From NCBI RefSeq assembly GCF_009914755.1, contig NC_060934.1: a stretch of 64,000 nt of DNA; one strand, given 5' to 3'. The stretch is from the human T2T-CHM13v2.0 reference genome, Homo sapiens. The notes under the pieces were generated by a model that worked only from the letters and a program-made list of their open reading frames with translations, was not told the origin of the DNA and searched no databases. A program made the translations under genes and the position numbers. Positions 1-19,792 of the stretch are shown here, one piece after another (the stretch's first letter is position 1; each line of letters opens with the position of its first letter).

Positions 1-139
1 CAAGCTATTCTCCTGTCTCAGCCTCCCGAGTAGCTGGGATTACAGGCATGCACCACCACGCCCAGCTAATTTTTTTGTACTTTTAGTAGAGACAGGGTTT
101 CACCGTGTTGCCCAGGCTGGTCTTGAACTCCTGAGCTCA

Positions 140-598
<459 letters not shown>

Positions 599-1039
599 TT
601 ATTAATAAAAATTCTTTCTTGAAAAAATCTGATTTTAGAGATTGTAGCAACAATGTTCTCAGGTATCCGCTGAAGAGTGAGATTCGGCATGAAAATTTCT
701 ATGCAAGTAGCAAATGAACTAGGAGCAAATGAATTGGGAGAGGCACACAAGCAGGCTTTTGGCTTCAAACACACTGAGCTGAGGGAGACCAGAACAAATC
801 GCTGGGTTTTCCCTCCCATGCTCCAAACTTGAAAACAGTTTTTCAGTTTTTATCACCCTCAACCACAAAAAGATACAACTTCTGATTTCAAAATGACCAC
901 TTTCGGCTGGGACAGTGGCTCACGCTTGTAATCCCAAAACTTTGAGAGGCCGAGGCAGGTGGACCGCCTGAGGTCAGAAGTTCCAGACTAGGCTGACCAA
1001 TATGGTGAAACCTCATTTCTACTAAAAATACAAAAATTA

Positions 1040-1324
<285 letters not shown>

Positions 1325-1599
1325 TTAAGCTGCTGACTAAATTCTACAAAACAAAAGCAAACATACAACCTAATGGGGTAGAAGGAAAGTAAAACCTCAA
1401 ACTCAGATGCATCCAAAGAGGCAGAAAAGAATGATTTCCAACAATGGATGTCAGCCTTTAATGGCAACTAAAAATATTTCTGTAAAAACCAAAACATGCA
1501 AGAATGGTCTACCACTCAGATATTCTCTGATGGGAAGATGCCATGAGTGAGCACAGAAGGGCCCAATGAGTACCAGTACAGGCAAATATAGATACGTTA

Positions 1600-1941
<342 letters not shown>

Positions 1942-3253
1942 TCAAAGTTAAGGCTGAAGGAAGGAATCACTTCTCATCTATAATAAGAAAGTCCAACAGA
2001 ATGACAGGATATGTATTGGAAAGATACTAAAGCATGATTGTCCTTGATTTGTTTGGCAGAGAGGACTGAGCATATTGACAAAGTTAATTTTCCAGATGAC
2101 TAAAGTTGATGAAAACCTCACAGGCACTAAAAACTTTTTTTTATTTGTATAATAACCACTTTATATTGTATTTGTTTAAAAGGTTACTCTAGAAGCCTGA
2201 GTCGTCTAGCTATTTTTGTCAGAAGGTCACTGCCATAAACATCAACTTCTCTATTATGATGTGCATTCTTTAGGTAATGATGTCTAAACTAAAGAGCTCC
2301 TCTGCACCATCTCTAATCCTGTACTTGCAATTTTTGTGAATAGTTTCACGCTTGCCTAATCTCCTCTCTCTTTCAAACTCTCACCTTCTAATCTGTTCTA
2401 TACTAGAATTATCTCTAACCATGTGTAAATAGGACCTGGATAAATGGTTCTCCCCGTAAGTAAAATGCATTGATTTTGCAATAATTATTTTACACTCTCA
2501 GCAGCCCTTCCCCCTTTTTACTAATCTGTGGCTATGGACCATCAGCACAATTCTATGTACTACCTTTGAGGAAGGCACGACAAAGAGAAAGCCAGGGAAA
2601 AAATTTAAAAAACAAAAAAAGGCAATCAAAAAGAATAATTGCAGGGAGGAGATCCCAAACTCTTCCACAGACACCCAAAGGTCATTACAGGTTTGTAAGA
2701 GGTTTCTACCTAAGGACAGTGTAGACTCTAGGCTGAAATACTCATGTGGCCTACTTGGGATGTTGGGTTGGGCCACAAACAAGACCTTTTTCCCCTCTAG
2801 TTTCAGGCCTAGATGAGAAGAAAACAGGTTTCCTTGATTGTTGCCCAGGCCCACACCCTGAGTTAGAGTAACCTGGACAATAGAAAGATGAATGGAAAAG
2901 AAAAGTCACTTCTCACTGAGGCCTAGAGCAGCACTGAGCTATGTCACACATTCCAAATCTCTTATCTCCTGCATGTGATCTTGAACCTATTGAAGCTTCC
3001 CAAACAGAAGGCAATTCAAAGCCTAACTTACTATACAAATTGTGTGGGAGAGAAAAATAGCATAAACTAATCCAAAGACGAAAAAAGATGCAAAAGAGAT
3101 CATCCAAAAAGGGCACTGCTATAAAAGCTAGAGCTTCTCAAGTTTGCTCTTATTCCACTGAAGACTTCATCCACAGGTTCTATGGCTCAGTTGTGTCACT
3201 GGCCTTGACTTCATTAGTGCTCCCCCTAGAGACAGGAGTGTGCCACTAATTAA

Positions 3254-3287
<34 letters not shown>

Positions 3288-3820
3288 TGACAGAGTCTTG
3301 CTCTGTCCCCCAGGCTGGAGTGCAGTGGCGCGATCTTGGCCTGCAACCTCCACCTCCCAGGTTCAAGCAATTCTCTGCCTCAGCCTCCTGAGTAGCTGGG
3401 ATTGCAGGCGCCCGCCACCACGCCCAGCTAATTTTTGTATTTTCAGTAGAGACAGGGTTTCACCTTCTTGGCCAGGCTGGTCTTGAACTCCTGACCTCGT
3501 GATCCACCTGCCTCAGCTTCCCAAAGTGCTGGGATTACAGCCGTGAGCAGGCGTGAGCCACTGCACCCGGCCAAGACATTTTTTAAAATGTAAAAGACTG
3601 AGACTCTTCAGGTGGAAACAACACAGGCAGAAGTGTAACTCCTTAAAGTGTAAGATGAAATTGAGACTCTAGTCAGTCTACAGGAAGGAAGACACAAAAA
3701 ACGGTCCTCAGATTGTTAGGATAAGTTGAAAGGATCAACCCCAGAAACCAAAAGTAGAACAAATCAATGAGAAATGGATGAAGGCACCTGTCTTCAGAAG
3801 CACTACACACTTAAGGAATT

Positions 3821-4140
3821 GTCTTAGTCCATCTTGTGTTGCTATAATAGAATACCACAGACTATAATTTATTTGAATAGAAATCTATTTGGCTTGTGGT
3901 TCTGTAGACTGGGAAGTCGAAGTGCATAGCACTGGCACCTGGCAATGGCCTTCGTGCTGCATCATCCCATGGCAGAAGGGCAAGTGAGGGTGAGAGTAAA
4001 GAAGCAAAAGGGGACCTGAACTCACTTTAACAAAGCCACTCTCATGATAACCCACTACTGTGATAACATTAATCCATTCATGAAGGCAGAGTCCTTATGA
4101 CCAAATCACCTCTTATTAGGCCCCACCTCCCAAAACTGTC
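3821..4140 (-). mobile_element. MaLR solo LTR (MST/MLT1 type)
   Basis: TGTCTTAGTCCAT..GCTATAA..AATACCACAGACT terminus; ATCACCTCTT..AGGCCCCACCTCCCAA. Confidence 0.75.
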
Positions 4141-4834
4141 ACAAAACAAAAATGACTTATAAATATTTTCCTCAGGAATCTTGGGGAACATCCAATTCTA
4201 GTCACTGGTGACTATAGTGTTAAAAATTAAGTTTTCTTCATTCTAAATGAATGAAAAAGAACAATGGTCTACAGAAAACCCAGGGAAATCAGAGTCAAAC
4301 ACTGGTATTATTTAATGTCTAATCCAGCCCTACCCAAGCAAAAGTATCTGGGGAAATGTGAAATAGAATGACTTTCCCATGAGACACACACATTCAAGCT
4401 TTCCACCACCTGAATAAAATCATACTCAAGACCATCCCGTTCTCATAGTCTGATTCAATGCTTACCAAACAACCATATCATCATCATCTTGGGTTCCTAG
4501 ATACTCACACCAGGAGTGTGAATATGGGTATTCCTGTCATTAGTAAGCTACACCCTCCACTACTAAGCAAAACTGAAATTTTATCTTTGATGTGATCAGT
4601 TAGTGTGAATCAGCTTCCAGCATTACATAATTCCAGATAAAAATTCATAGGCCGGGGGTGGTGGCTCACGCCTGTAATCCCAGCACTTTGGGAGGCTGAG
4701 GCGGGCAGATCACCTGAGGTCGGGAGTTTGAGACCAGCCTGGCCAGCAGGGTGAAACCCTGTCTCTACTAAAAATATAAAAATTAGCCAGATGTGATGGC
4801 AGGTGCCTGTAATCCCAGCTACTTGGGAAGCTTA

Positions 4835-4981
<147 letters not shown>

Positions 4982-5214
4982 CTATAAAAAGAATATCAAC
5001 ATTTTTAACCCAATACAGGTATATAAGCAACAGAAGACTGCCTTTTTAGGACAAAGAAAATCACTTTAAATGGTAATTAGCAAAAGGAACTCATCACTCT
5101 CAATTAGACGGGCTAAAAAATACAGAGAGTCCAAGAAGTATATAAAAGCATCACCCCTAGAGAACCATACCTATTTATGAGAGAGGAAAAGAGAGCTATC
5201 TTGTAAAACTGGCT

Positions 5215-6120
<906 letters not shown>

Positions 6121-6633
6121 TTATATCCTGAAAAGACTGGTATACAACACTGCCACAATGGGCTGAGCCTGTGCTCCTCACTACGACCCCCTATGAACAT
6201 TTTCAATGAAATTAAACTTCCATTAGAATTTGTAACCAATCCACAGGTAGGTAACCCACAAGTGCAAAATCACACACTGACTAAAGTAGCACATAACTGG
6301 CAATAGGCTACAACAAAAGAACACTGAACTGGGTGTCAGGAGCCCCAATTAAAGCCCCAGCTATGCCATTAGCCATGACCCTGGAAAATTTACCCTCCCA
6401 AGGTCACCTTCTTGTGTGAAACAAAAAGATGAAGAAAGAGAATCTCAATGAAACACTCTTAAAGTCCTTCCTTCGAGTTTGATCATTCTATTATTTTATG
6501 AACCCATATTGGTTTTGGAGGCTCTTCACCTCATTATGTTTTACAGACACAAAGGAAAGGTGCTTTTTCCATAGTACAGGAAGCGCCTCAGAACAGCCTC
6601 GAAGTCAGGCCATTCTTATTTTATTTTTTTTGA

Positions 6634-6741
<108 letters not shown>

Positions 6742-7270
6742 TAGCTGGGACTACGGGCGTCTGCCACCACGCCTGGTTAATTTTTTCTATTTTTAGTACA
6801 GACGGGGTTTCACCGTGTTAGCCAGGATGGTCTCGATCTCCTGACCTCATGATCCGCCCACCTCGGCCTCCCAAAGTGCTGGGATTATAGGCGTGAGCCA
6901 CCGCGCCTGGCCCGTTATTTTATTTTTTTGAGACAGGGCCTTGCTCTGTCACCCAGGTTGGAGTGCAGTGGTGCAATCTTGGCTCACTGCAATCTCCGCC
7001 TCCTGGGTTCAAGCGATTCTCATGCCTCAGCCTCCTGAGGAGCTGGGACTACAGGTGGGTGCCACCATGCCTTGCTAATTTTTTGTATTTTTAGTAGAGA
7101 CAGGGTTTCACCATGTTGGCCAGGCTGGTCTCCAACTCCTGGCCTTAAGTGATCCACCCGCTTCGGCCACCCAAAGTGCTGGGATTACAGTTAGTGTGAA
7201 TCAGTTTCCAGCATTACATAATTCTAGATAAAAATTCATAAAGCTCTAGTTTCTGAATCTGAAGCTATAA

Positions 7271-7654
<384 letters not shown>

Positions 7655-8017
7655 TAAATGGTAATTAGCAAAAGGAACTCATCACTCTCAAGTAGATGGG
7701 CTAAAAATACAGAGTCCAAGAAGTATATAAAAGCATCACCCCTAGAGAACCATACCTATTTATGAGACAGGAAAAGAGGGAGCTATCTTGTAAAACTGGC
7801 TATTGCTATAACAAATGTTGACAGGGATGTGGAAAAGCAGAAACCTTCATACATTGCCAGTGGGAATATAAGATGGTGCAGTCACCACACCTGGCCAAGG
7901 CCATGTTTATATTTTATTTTTACTGTTGGTCCTAATGACTCATTGCACAATTCTCCCCTGCCAGAAGAGGCTCTCTTAGCAATGCTGCTTTCCAAAGAAA
8001 AGCCAAAATAACAGTTA

Positions 8018-8200
<183 letters not shown>

Positions 8201-9039
8201 TTATTCAACTAACCTTTAGATAAGTAGCCGACCACTCACATACAAGGGAACATTCCTGCCATGCCATACCTATCTTTCTTCTCAGTCCTTTCTGCACACT
8301 CTAGGGAAGCAAAATATCTTCCCAGTTCTGATGCCTGAAGTCTCAGTCATACATCAACACTTATCCAAACTACTGCCAAATTCATCTCTTTGGAAAAACG
8401 AGTTAAAATGCAAGTTATAAAGTAATTCTTGCCTAAAGCAGAACATGAACCCACCTAAATTCTCTTTTCTTTTTTCTCTCAACAGGGACATAGTGTAGTC
8501 ATACAATTTCACAGGTCAAACAAGCCTAATTCAGCCTTAAGAGATGAGAAGGCTGCTTGGAAAGAAAGAAAAGTCTGAGAAAGCAGACCGTGCATGCTAG
8601 TAAGGGAACTTGACATTCCTTGCTTTAGTGGGGAAAAAATTAATTTGAGAAAACTCTGCTATTAAGAAAATTTCTTCAGAGTGAATCTTATTTTCCTACT
8701 AGCAATCATCATAAAATCACAAATTACATTGCTATGAAGCTGCTAGAGCCTTGCCTAAAGAGCTAAGAACAGATAATCACTTTAGACAAAGACTTTACAA
8801 ATAAAACTGTAACCCCAAACGTCTGAATCCAGTTTGGACAAAGAAAGACCTAATGTATCAAACTGTTAACCCCAAACTACAATAAAAAACACTAAGCTTA
8901 GCTGAAATCTACTAAGATTTTCTAAACACCATCATGATTTCCCAAGGGGAAAAAAAAGATTTAGATTCTAACGATTAAACTTGTCTTATGTACTAAACTA
9001 TAACTAGGAAAAGAACACATATAAAAATGCCAACCCTCA

Positions 9040-9234
<195 letters not shown>

Positions 9235-10042
9235 TTACCCAACTGTAATCAACCTATTTTACTGTGAAGATTTCACAGAAAACATGTGAAACTCAGTAAA
9301 ATTAAAAGAACAGCAACCAGCCCATCCATAGCTCAGAGAGTAAACAGTAAATCAAATGCCAATTCAGTGGCCTCTGCAGGGGCTCACCAAGGGTTGACAA
9401 AGAAATGAACAAGAAATCAAAGCCCCCACCCTCACAAACCAGGAGTTCTCACTCGGATAATGGAATAGTGACAACTGTCACTACAAGGCCCAGAGGGACT
9501 TGCTGTATAACCCTTGAAGACAAACTGCTTCTGTCTCTGAGTCCCTTATCTTTGTGTACTCTGTCCACAGAATTGTGGCACTGCCATTTATTTTTCCTAA
9601 TGAAAATTACAAACGAACTTAGTGTTTCTCTCTCTGATATTATACAAATTCTGCTATATATGCTAATAAAATTTTCTTAGGAGACTAGCAGTAAAGCAAT
9701 AAATATTCATATAAATATTTGGAATCTTGCACTAATGCCACAGATATCGAAAACTTTAGATAAGATATAAATAGATGTTTAAACTTACTACTGATTAGGG
9801 AAATGCAACTAAGTAACAATTATATATCATTTATCACATTGGCAAAAACTTTAATAAAACTTTGACGTGGGCTGGGGGTGGCGGCTCATGCCTGCAATCC
9901 CAGCACTTTGGGAGGCTGAGGCGGGCGAATCACCTGAGGTCAGGAGATAGAGACCAGCCCGACCAACATGGAGAAATCCCATCTCTACTAAAAATACAAA
10001 AGATTAGCCAGGCATGGTGGCACACACCTATAGTTCCAGCTA

Positions 10043-10319
<277 letters not shown>

Positions 10320-10453
10320 TTATGGCTGAGGCTAACATGTCCCTGAGAATAAAACAGACTGAAAATACTAAGTGTTATTCAGTTTGAAAGGGCAATTAAA
10401 AGAAAAATTACAAATCTACATTTGCTAAGAATTGGGCAAAAAAGCTGAAAATA

Positions 10454-11495
10454 GGCTGGGGAATTTATGTGGAGGTCAGAGTGGAAGCAGGTATGAAAGG
10501 GTCCAGCAGAAGAAAACATGGCTGCCAAAGTGTTTTGAGTCCGTTGGCAAGTTTGGCCTGGCCTTAGCTGTTGCAGGAGACGTGGTGAACTCTGCCCTAT
10601 ATAATGTGGATGCTGAGCAAAGAGCTGTCATCTTTGACCGATTCCATGGAGTACAGAACACTGTGGTAGGGGAAGGGACTCACTTTCTCATTCCATGGGT
10701 ACACAAACCTATTATCTTTGACTGCTGTTCTTGACCATGTAATGTGCCAGTCATCACTGATAGCAAAGATTTACAGAATGTCAACATCACGGTGCACATG
10801 GGGGCCTGTCGCTAGCCAGCTTCCTCGCATCTTGACCAGCATTGAAGAGGATTATGATAAGCGTGTGCTGCTGTCCATCACTACTGAGATCCTCAAGTCA
10901 GTGGTGGCTCACTTTGATGCTGGAGAACTAATCACCTAAAGAGAGCTGGTCTCCAGGCAGATGAGCAACGACCTTACAGAGCAAGCAGCCACCTTTGGGC
11001 TCATCCTGGATGACGTGTCCTTGACACATCTGACCTTCGGGAAGGAGTTCACAGAAGCAGTGGAAGCCAAACAGGTGGCTCAGCGGGAAGCAGAGAGCAC
11101 CAGATTTGTGGCAGAAAAGGCTGAGCAGCAGAAAAAGGCAGCCATCATCTCTGCTGAGGGCGATTCCAAGGCAGCAGAGCTGATCGCCAACTCACTGGCC
11201 ACCGCAGGGAACAGCCTGATAGAGCTGCGCAAGCTGGAAGCTGTGGAGGACATCACATTCCAGCTCTTATACTCTGGGAACATCAGCTCCCTGCCAGCGG
11301 GGCAGTCCATGCTCCTCCAGCTGCCCCTGAGGGGCCACCCTGCCTGCACCTCCGCAGGCCAACTGGGCCACAGCCCTGATGATTCTTAACACTGTCTTCC
11401 TTCTGCCCCAACCCTAGAAATCACTATGAAATTTCATGATTGGCTTAAAGTGAAGGAAATAAAGGCAAAATCACTTCAGATCCGCCCCCTCCCCC
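10454..11495 (+). pseudogene. PHB1P9: Processed prohibitin (PHB1) pseudogene, antisense in CWF19L1 intron 7
   Basis: Intronless [20 protein letters not shown]... from ATG 10518; premature TGA 10732 and TAA 10937; deletion/frameshift ~10795; 5' and short 3' UTR with AATAAA; TSD AAAAAAGCTGAAAATA / AAAAAAGCTTGAAATA. The pseudogene number is from recall of the locus. Confidence 0.93.
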
Positions 11496-11829
11496 AAAAA
11501 AAGCTTGAAATATTATGAAAAAAACAAAATATCGATTTGCTTATCTTTTGTATGCATTGTCTATGGCATGTGATAGTGGAATAATCTTCAGACTCTTTAT
11601 CTGCCTATTTTCCCACTTCACTAACTGTTCTTATTTTAGCTGTCTCAATCCACAATAGGTTAGTTTTGGCCCTGGGAAATCAGAAATACTCTCAGAGAAG
11701 TGAGAAAAACAACCTATTTTTCTGGTATATTCTTTTCATCAACTGCACTGTTTTCCAATACAAAGATAGATTCCAGGTATCACTAAGATTTCCCTCAGGA
11801 AATCTTAGCCCTAAGGAGAGCTTAGGTAA

Positions 11830-12236
<407 letters not shown>

Positions 12237-12504
12237 TAGATGTGGAAGTAAAGGAACACTGTTCATTTGATATTTTGCCTTTATTCCTCTGGGCCTATTT
12301 TCCCAAACCCTTCTTTAAACTCTCCTACAAAAAGACCCAAAGAGACTTGACCTTTCATTACCATACCTTTACAAAGGAGTCTCCGAAACTGCTGAGACCT
12401 TGCAGTCAGGGAGAAGAGAAGATCTGAATGCTAAACTGGACAAGAGATACATTTATCAGGCAGACCATGAATATCAACCTTCCACCAAATAGGTAAATCT
12501 TTAC

Positions 12505-12589
12505 CTTTTTCTTTTCTGGATTTCCAACATTTGCCAGAGCTATAAACCGGGTGGCATGCTGTGCATTTTCCTGTAGAATGATATGGTTT
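12505..12589 (-). CDS. CWF19L1: CWF19L1 exon 7 ([29 protein letters not shown])
   Basis: TAG/GTAA, 85 nt, TRFIALA motif. Confidence 0.95.
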
Positions 12590-13231
12590 CTACAACATAT
12601 TTGAGAGACAAAAAATTGCAAACAATTTTACTTTTGATTTGCAATGACAAAATATGTGGACTCTATGGGGCCATAAAAAGAGCAGAGGTCCTCAGTTCAT
12701 CATCGCCAGTCAAATGATTTCAGATAAGTTACTATCTATCCGTCTAATAGGGCAACAATCCCTACCTCACAAGGCTGTTTTAGGAAGAGATGAGATTATG
12801 TCTTCAGAAACCATCAAAACTCCAACTTTTGGCTTTAAAAGAGTTGTAAAATTGGCAAAATGTTGACAATAGTTCAAGCTAAGTGATGGACACATGAGGT
12901 TTCACTTTACTATTGCCTCTTCTTTTGTGTAATAAAAAGCTAAAATAGGCCAGGCACTTTGGGAGGCTGAGACAGGAGGACTGCTTGAGCCCAGGAGTTT
13001 GAGAACACCCTGGGCAACACAGTGAGACTCTGTCTCTACAAAAAAAATTTTTTAATTAACTGGGCATGGTGGTGCATACCTACAGTCCCAGCTACTCAGG
13101 AGGCTAAGGTAGGAGAATCACTTGAGCCCACGAGGTTGAGGCTGCAGTGAGCCTTGATAGTACCTCAGCACTCCAGCCTGGAAGACAGAATGAGATCTTG
13201 TCTCAAAAAAAAAAAATTAAAAAAAAAAAAA

Positions 13232-14110
<879 letters not shown>

Positions 14111-14529
14111 TTCTTAAGAACTGTGTAAGTTTTGAGTGGCTTGTTCCCAAAACTTCTGTTTTCGCAGTATATTTTTAGAGAACAAGACATTCTTCTAGAA
14201 TGAGTATATGGAGATTTAACAGAAAAACCTGTATTACCTATGATTCTGCATTAGGCTGTGGGATTATGGTAAGGGGGGTATTCTCTTCTTGCTCACTTAA
14301 ATTTTTTTAACTAGCAACACGTAAATATTACTTTTGTAAAAAAGAAGGGAAAGAAGTTATTTTAGGGATAATCCATGCCCTTTATCAGTGAAGATAATTC
14401 TGAGCTTTTACTTAACTCTCTCACTTGTAAAACACTGGTTTTCTTGGCAGTATATTCTTTAAGAACTTGACCTCTATATCAGGAGATCGAGACCATCCTG
14501 GCTAACACGGTGAAACCCTGTCTCTACTA

Positions 14530-14718
<189 letters not shown>

Positions 14719-14986
14719 CTACTATGCTACTATGTACCCCCAAAAATTAAAAAAATAAAAACTCCACCTCTGAGTGCAAAAGAAAAAAAATAAAAAAAAA
14801 TATTTTCTTGGCTGGGCATGGTGGCTCACGCCTGTAATCCCAGCACTTTGGGAGGCTGAGGTGGGCAGATCATGAGATCAAGAGTTCAAGACCAGCCTGA
14901 CTGACATGGTGAAACCCCGTCTCTATTAAAAATACAAAAAAACTTAGCCGGACGTGGTGGCACGCACCTGTAATCCTAGCTACTCA

Positions 14987-15121
<135 letters not shown>

Positions 15122-15676
15122 TTAAATTTTCCCTCTCATTTATTTTTAATTGATAACTAAAATTTGTATTTTTTATTGTATACAACATGCTGTTTTGAAA
15201 TGTGTATATACTGTGGGATGGCTAAATCAAGCTAATTAACATATACATTATCTCATATTTATTTGTGGTAAAAAATTTTTTAAAGAAATGGGGCTCCCTA
15301 TGTTGCCCAGGCTAGAGTGCAGTGGCTATTCACAGGCGTAGTCATTGCACACTATAGTCTTGAACTCCTGGGCTCGAGCGAGCCTCCTGCCTCAGCCTTC
15401 CAAGTAGCTGGAACCACAGACACACACCATCATGCCTGGCCCTGAAAAGGAAAAAACTGATACAAGTTCTTGATTCTGAAACTGAAGGATTTCCAAAGTG
15501 ATTTCAAATTAGGGAACAAACTCAGAGAAGATGAATGACTTGAGAGTCACTTACTTCAGTGTCTGAGTAACCAAATGGAACCAAGATGTTATATGGTTAA
15601 AAACGAACAAGAGAAGTTTATACAGAAGATCCATGGCAAATTCTTCAAAAAGCCAAGAAGAATGAAATGCTACTCA

Positions 15677-15796
<120 letters not shown>

Positions 15797-17039
15797 CTAG
15801 TAAACAAAAACTTAGTCATCCATACAGACCAAAAGTTATCAAGAAATGCAAATAAATAATAAGACATTTTGAAATGTCTTTGAAATTTATACATGAATAC
15901 AGATGTGGACAGAAGGAACTGCACATTGAATTTCATAAGTATGGCAATCAGAGAAAAAATCTTAACAAATAAGGGAGCTGAACTACTATGAATGTAGAAA
16001 TAGGAACAACTGTTGGAAGCCAGAGATTAAAAGGTAACTCCTCCATATCAATACCCAAAACACAAATTATTAAAACCTTTTTTGGAAAGTAAGCTCTCCC
16101 TCTGGAGCCCACAGACTGGGCTTCTAGTTTTGGTTTGTTTTTTTTTTTTGAGATGGAGTCTTGCTTTGTCACCCAGGCTGCTAGAGTACAGTGGCACAAT
16201 CTCGGCTCACTGCAACCTCTGCATCCTGGGTTCAAGAAGTGATTCTCCTGCCTCAGCCTCCCTAGTAGCTGGGATTACAGGCACGTGCCACCACACCTGG
16301 CTAATTTTTGTATTTTTAGTAGAGACGGGGTTTCACCATGTTGGCCAGGCTGGTCTCAAACTCCTGATCTCGTGATCCGCCCGCCTCAGCCTCCCAAAGT
16401 GCACGCGTGAGCCACTGCGCCCAGCCTCTAGTTTGTTACGTAGTGCATCTGTAGTTCACGGGTCCAGACAGTCATAGTCAATTCAGAAAATCAAAGCGAA
16501 AAGCTAGGCTTCAGGGCTCCTAGGATCCACAGAATATCTGGTATAGAGTATTCAAGGACTTCATCACCAGCATATAATCCTTTATTTTGCTTCAGTCAAG
16601 GAAGTGGCAGTTTGAGGAAGGGCATAACCACACCCTTCTTAAGTAATATGAAGTTTGCTCAAAGTTATTCTTGCTCCCAGAACATCCCCAGATTCTGTTA
16701 ACAACCAATTAAGTGATCTCTCACCCACAGCATTATTTATGAACTCTATTCTAAGAGAAGGTATTACTTGGAAATAAGCTAACAAAGTTTGTTTTCCACT
16801 ACGTAAAGCAGGAATTTCCTTTTGTCTTATGCTTGTTTCCTTCAGGTTTCTGCTGAAGGGCAGGGAATTAGCTTTGAGGTCAGTCCTAGCATCTTAGGGA
16901 CTGGTGAACTATACTTTTCTCCTCCATAAATATACTGTATGGTTATTTATAAGCCTTGATCAAAATCAATTTTTAGCTCCCCGCAAAACAAAGGGGCCTC
17001 ATTTTCTCATCCTTCCTTACAGAGCATCATATGTGTCTT

Positions 17040-17360
17040 TCTCTCTTCCTTCATCACTTTAGCAGCCCTTCTCTCGATCTTCCCTAGCTTTGCTATATCC
17101 TTGTGCTCCAACCAGCTCTATGCCTTGTATTCTACGTAAAGAGTAATCATGGGTTTGTCAAAAAGGAAGAGAGCATCCTCCTTGATAATGCCTGGTATCC
17201 TGTTGGCCTTTTTGGTCATGGACACATGGTGCTGAAACTGGCAAGGGGTGGTATACAGGCTCCACTTCTGGATCATCACTGATAATCCTGAATCCAACCA
17301 TGGAGATTTGTTCCCAAATGCATTCTTACATTTCCCTTCAATGAAGCTCACCCAGTGTTT
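17040..17360 (-). mobile_element. Probable ancient CR1/L3 LINE fragment
   Basis: Translation KKANRIPGIIK...DKPMITLYVEY resembles the CR1 ORF2 C-terminal KKANRILG.I...LY..LVRPHLEY motif. Confidence 0.5.
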
Positions 17361-17824
17361 TCTGCCCTCACACATAACCTTTTCAAAATCTTCCTTAGGC
17401 TTACTTCCACCAGTGTAGCGTTTCACTCCCCATGATAGTTGTCACTCCTGGTGTACCATCCTTTTCAAGATTACTCATAAAATATTAAAATCTGGCCAGG
17501 TATGGTGGCTCACGCCTGTAATCCCAGCACTTTGGGAGGCCAAGGCGGGTGGATCACTAGAGCGCAGGAGTTCAAGACCAGCCTGGGCAACCCTGTCTCT
17601 ACTAAAAATACAAAAATTAGGCTGGGCACGGTGGCTCATGCCTGTAATCCCAGCATTTTGGGAGGCTGAGGTGGGCAAATTACTTGAGGTCAGGAGTTTG
17701 AGACCAGCCTGGCCAACATGGTGAAATCCCATCTCTACTAAAAATACAAAAAAATCCGCCTGTAATCCCAGCACTTTGGGAGGCCGAGGCAGGCAGATTG
17801 TCTGAGCTCAGGAGTTCATGACTA

Positions 17825-18070
<246 letters not shown>

Positions 18071-18077
18071 TTAGCTA

Positions 18078-18237
<160 letters not shown>

Positions 18238-18393
18238 TTAAGAGGCTTAGGAAAGGGCACTTGAAGCAGAGAATATAAAAAACCATTCCTTTATAATTAA
18301 GATTTCAGCAGTCTCATCTATGAATCACACTTTCATGAAATTAACTTTTGCTTTGATCAGTTGACAGAACTTTTAGAATCCTGAAAATTTTCA

Positions 18394-18765
<372 letters not shown>

Positions 18766-19510
18766 TCAAAATTGCAGAATGAAAAGCCATCAATAGGGGG
18801 ATGAATCTCCCATGACTCTCCTATGTCCCTGCCATTTTACATGTCTGAAGTGTAAACTCTCCAGCAGCTCCCTTCTGGCTGCTAGGCATCAATGGTGAAT
18901 GGCTACAACAGTATTCCTGCTCAGTAAATATGAACAGCCCTACGTGGAGGCTGCTGGAGCCCACGGGCCAGTATGTTTATGCCAGGTGCCTTACAAATAT
19001 TACTGGAAAAAGTTGGGAAGAGAAGATTAGGGAAAAGGCTTTCTGCGTTCTAGAGAAGATTCTACATGGACTTAAATGCAGACATCTGGACACAGGAAAA
19101 GGCAATGCGAAGAAAAATACAGTTCTAAGGAAGCTACAGTCTAGAAAAGATGCACATAGTGAAACCCCATCCCTACTAAAATACAAAAAATTAGCCAGGC
19201 ATGGCAGCGTGTGCCTGTAGTCCCAGCTACTTGGAGGCAGGCAGCAACTTCCAAGTGAAGGAAAACATTTGGAAAGAACAAGTGTTTAGGAAAAATTTAA
19301 GACGCCACTCTCTTCTATGGTTATTCCTGGCTTGTGGCCTTGTTTCCATTCCCTCCTGTTGCCTTCAAGACCTTGCTCCATCAATTTTCACTTCCCTTTC
19401 ATCTACTGAGTCTACTCAGCTGGCGCTTTTTGTTCAGAAAAAAATATGCTCAATCATCGCCATCCAAAATGAACACACATACTAAGAAACTTCCTCCTCT
19501 TCAGTTTTGA

Positions 19511-19792
<282 letters not shown>

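Noticed and set aside
14140-14476. Weak similarity between 14140-14197 and 14424-14476 (shared GCAGTATATT)
   Set aside because: Short, AT-rich and gapped; cannot be separated from chance by eye
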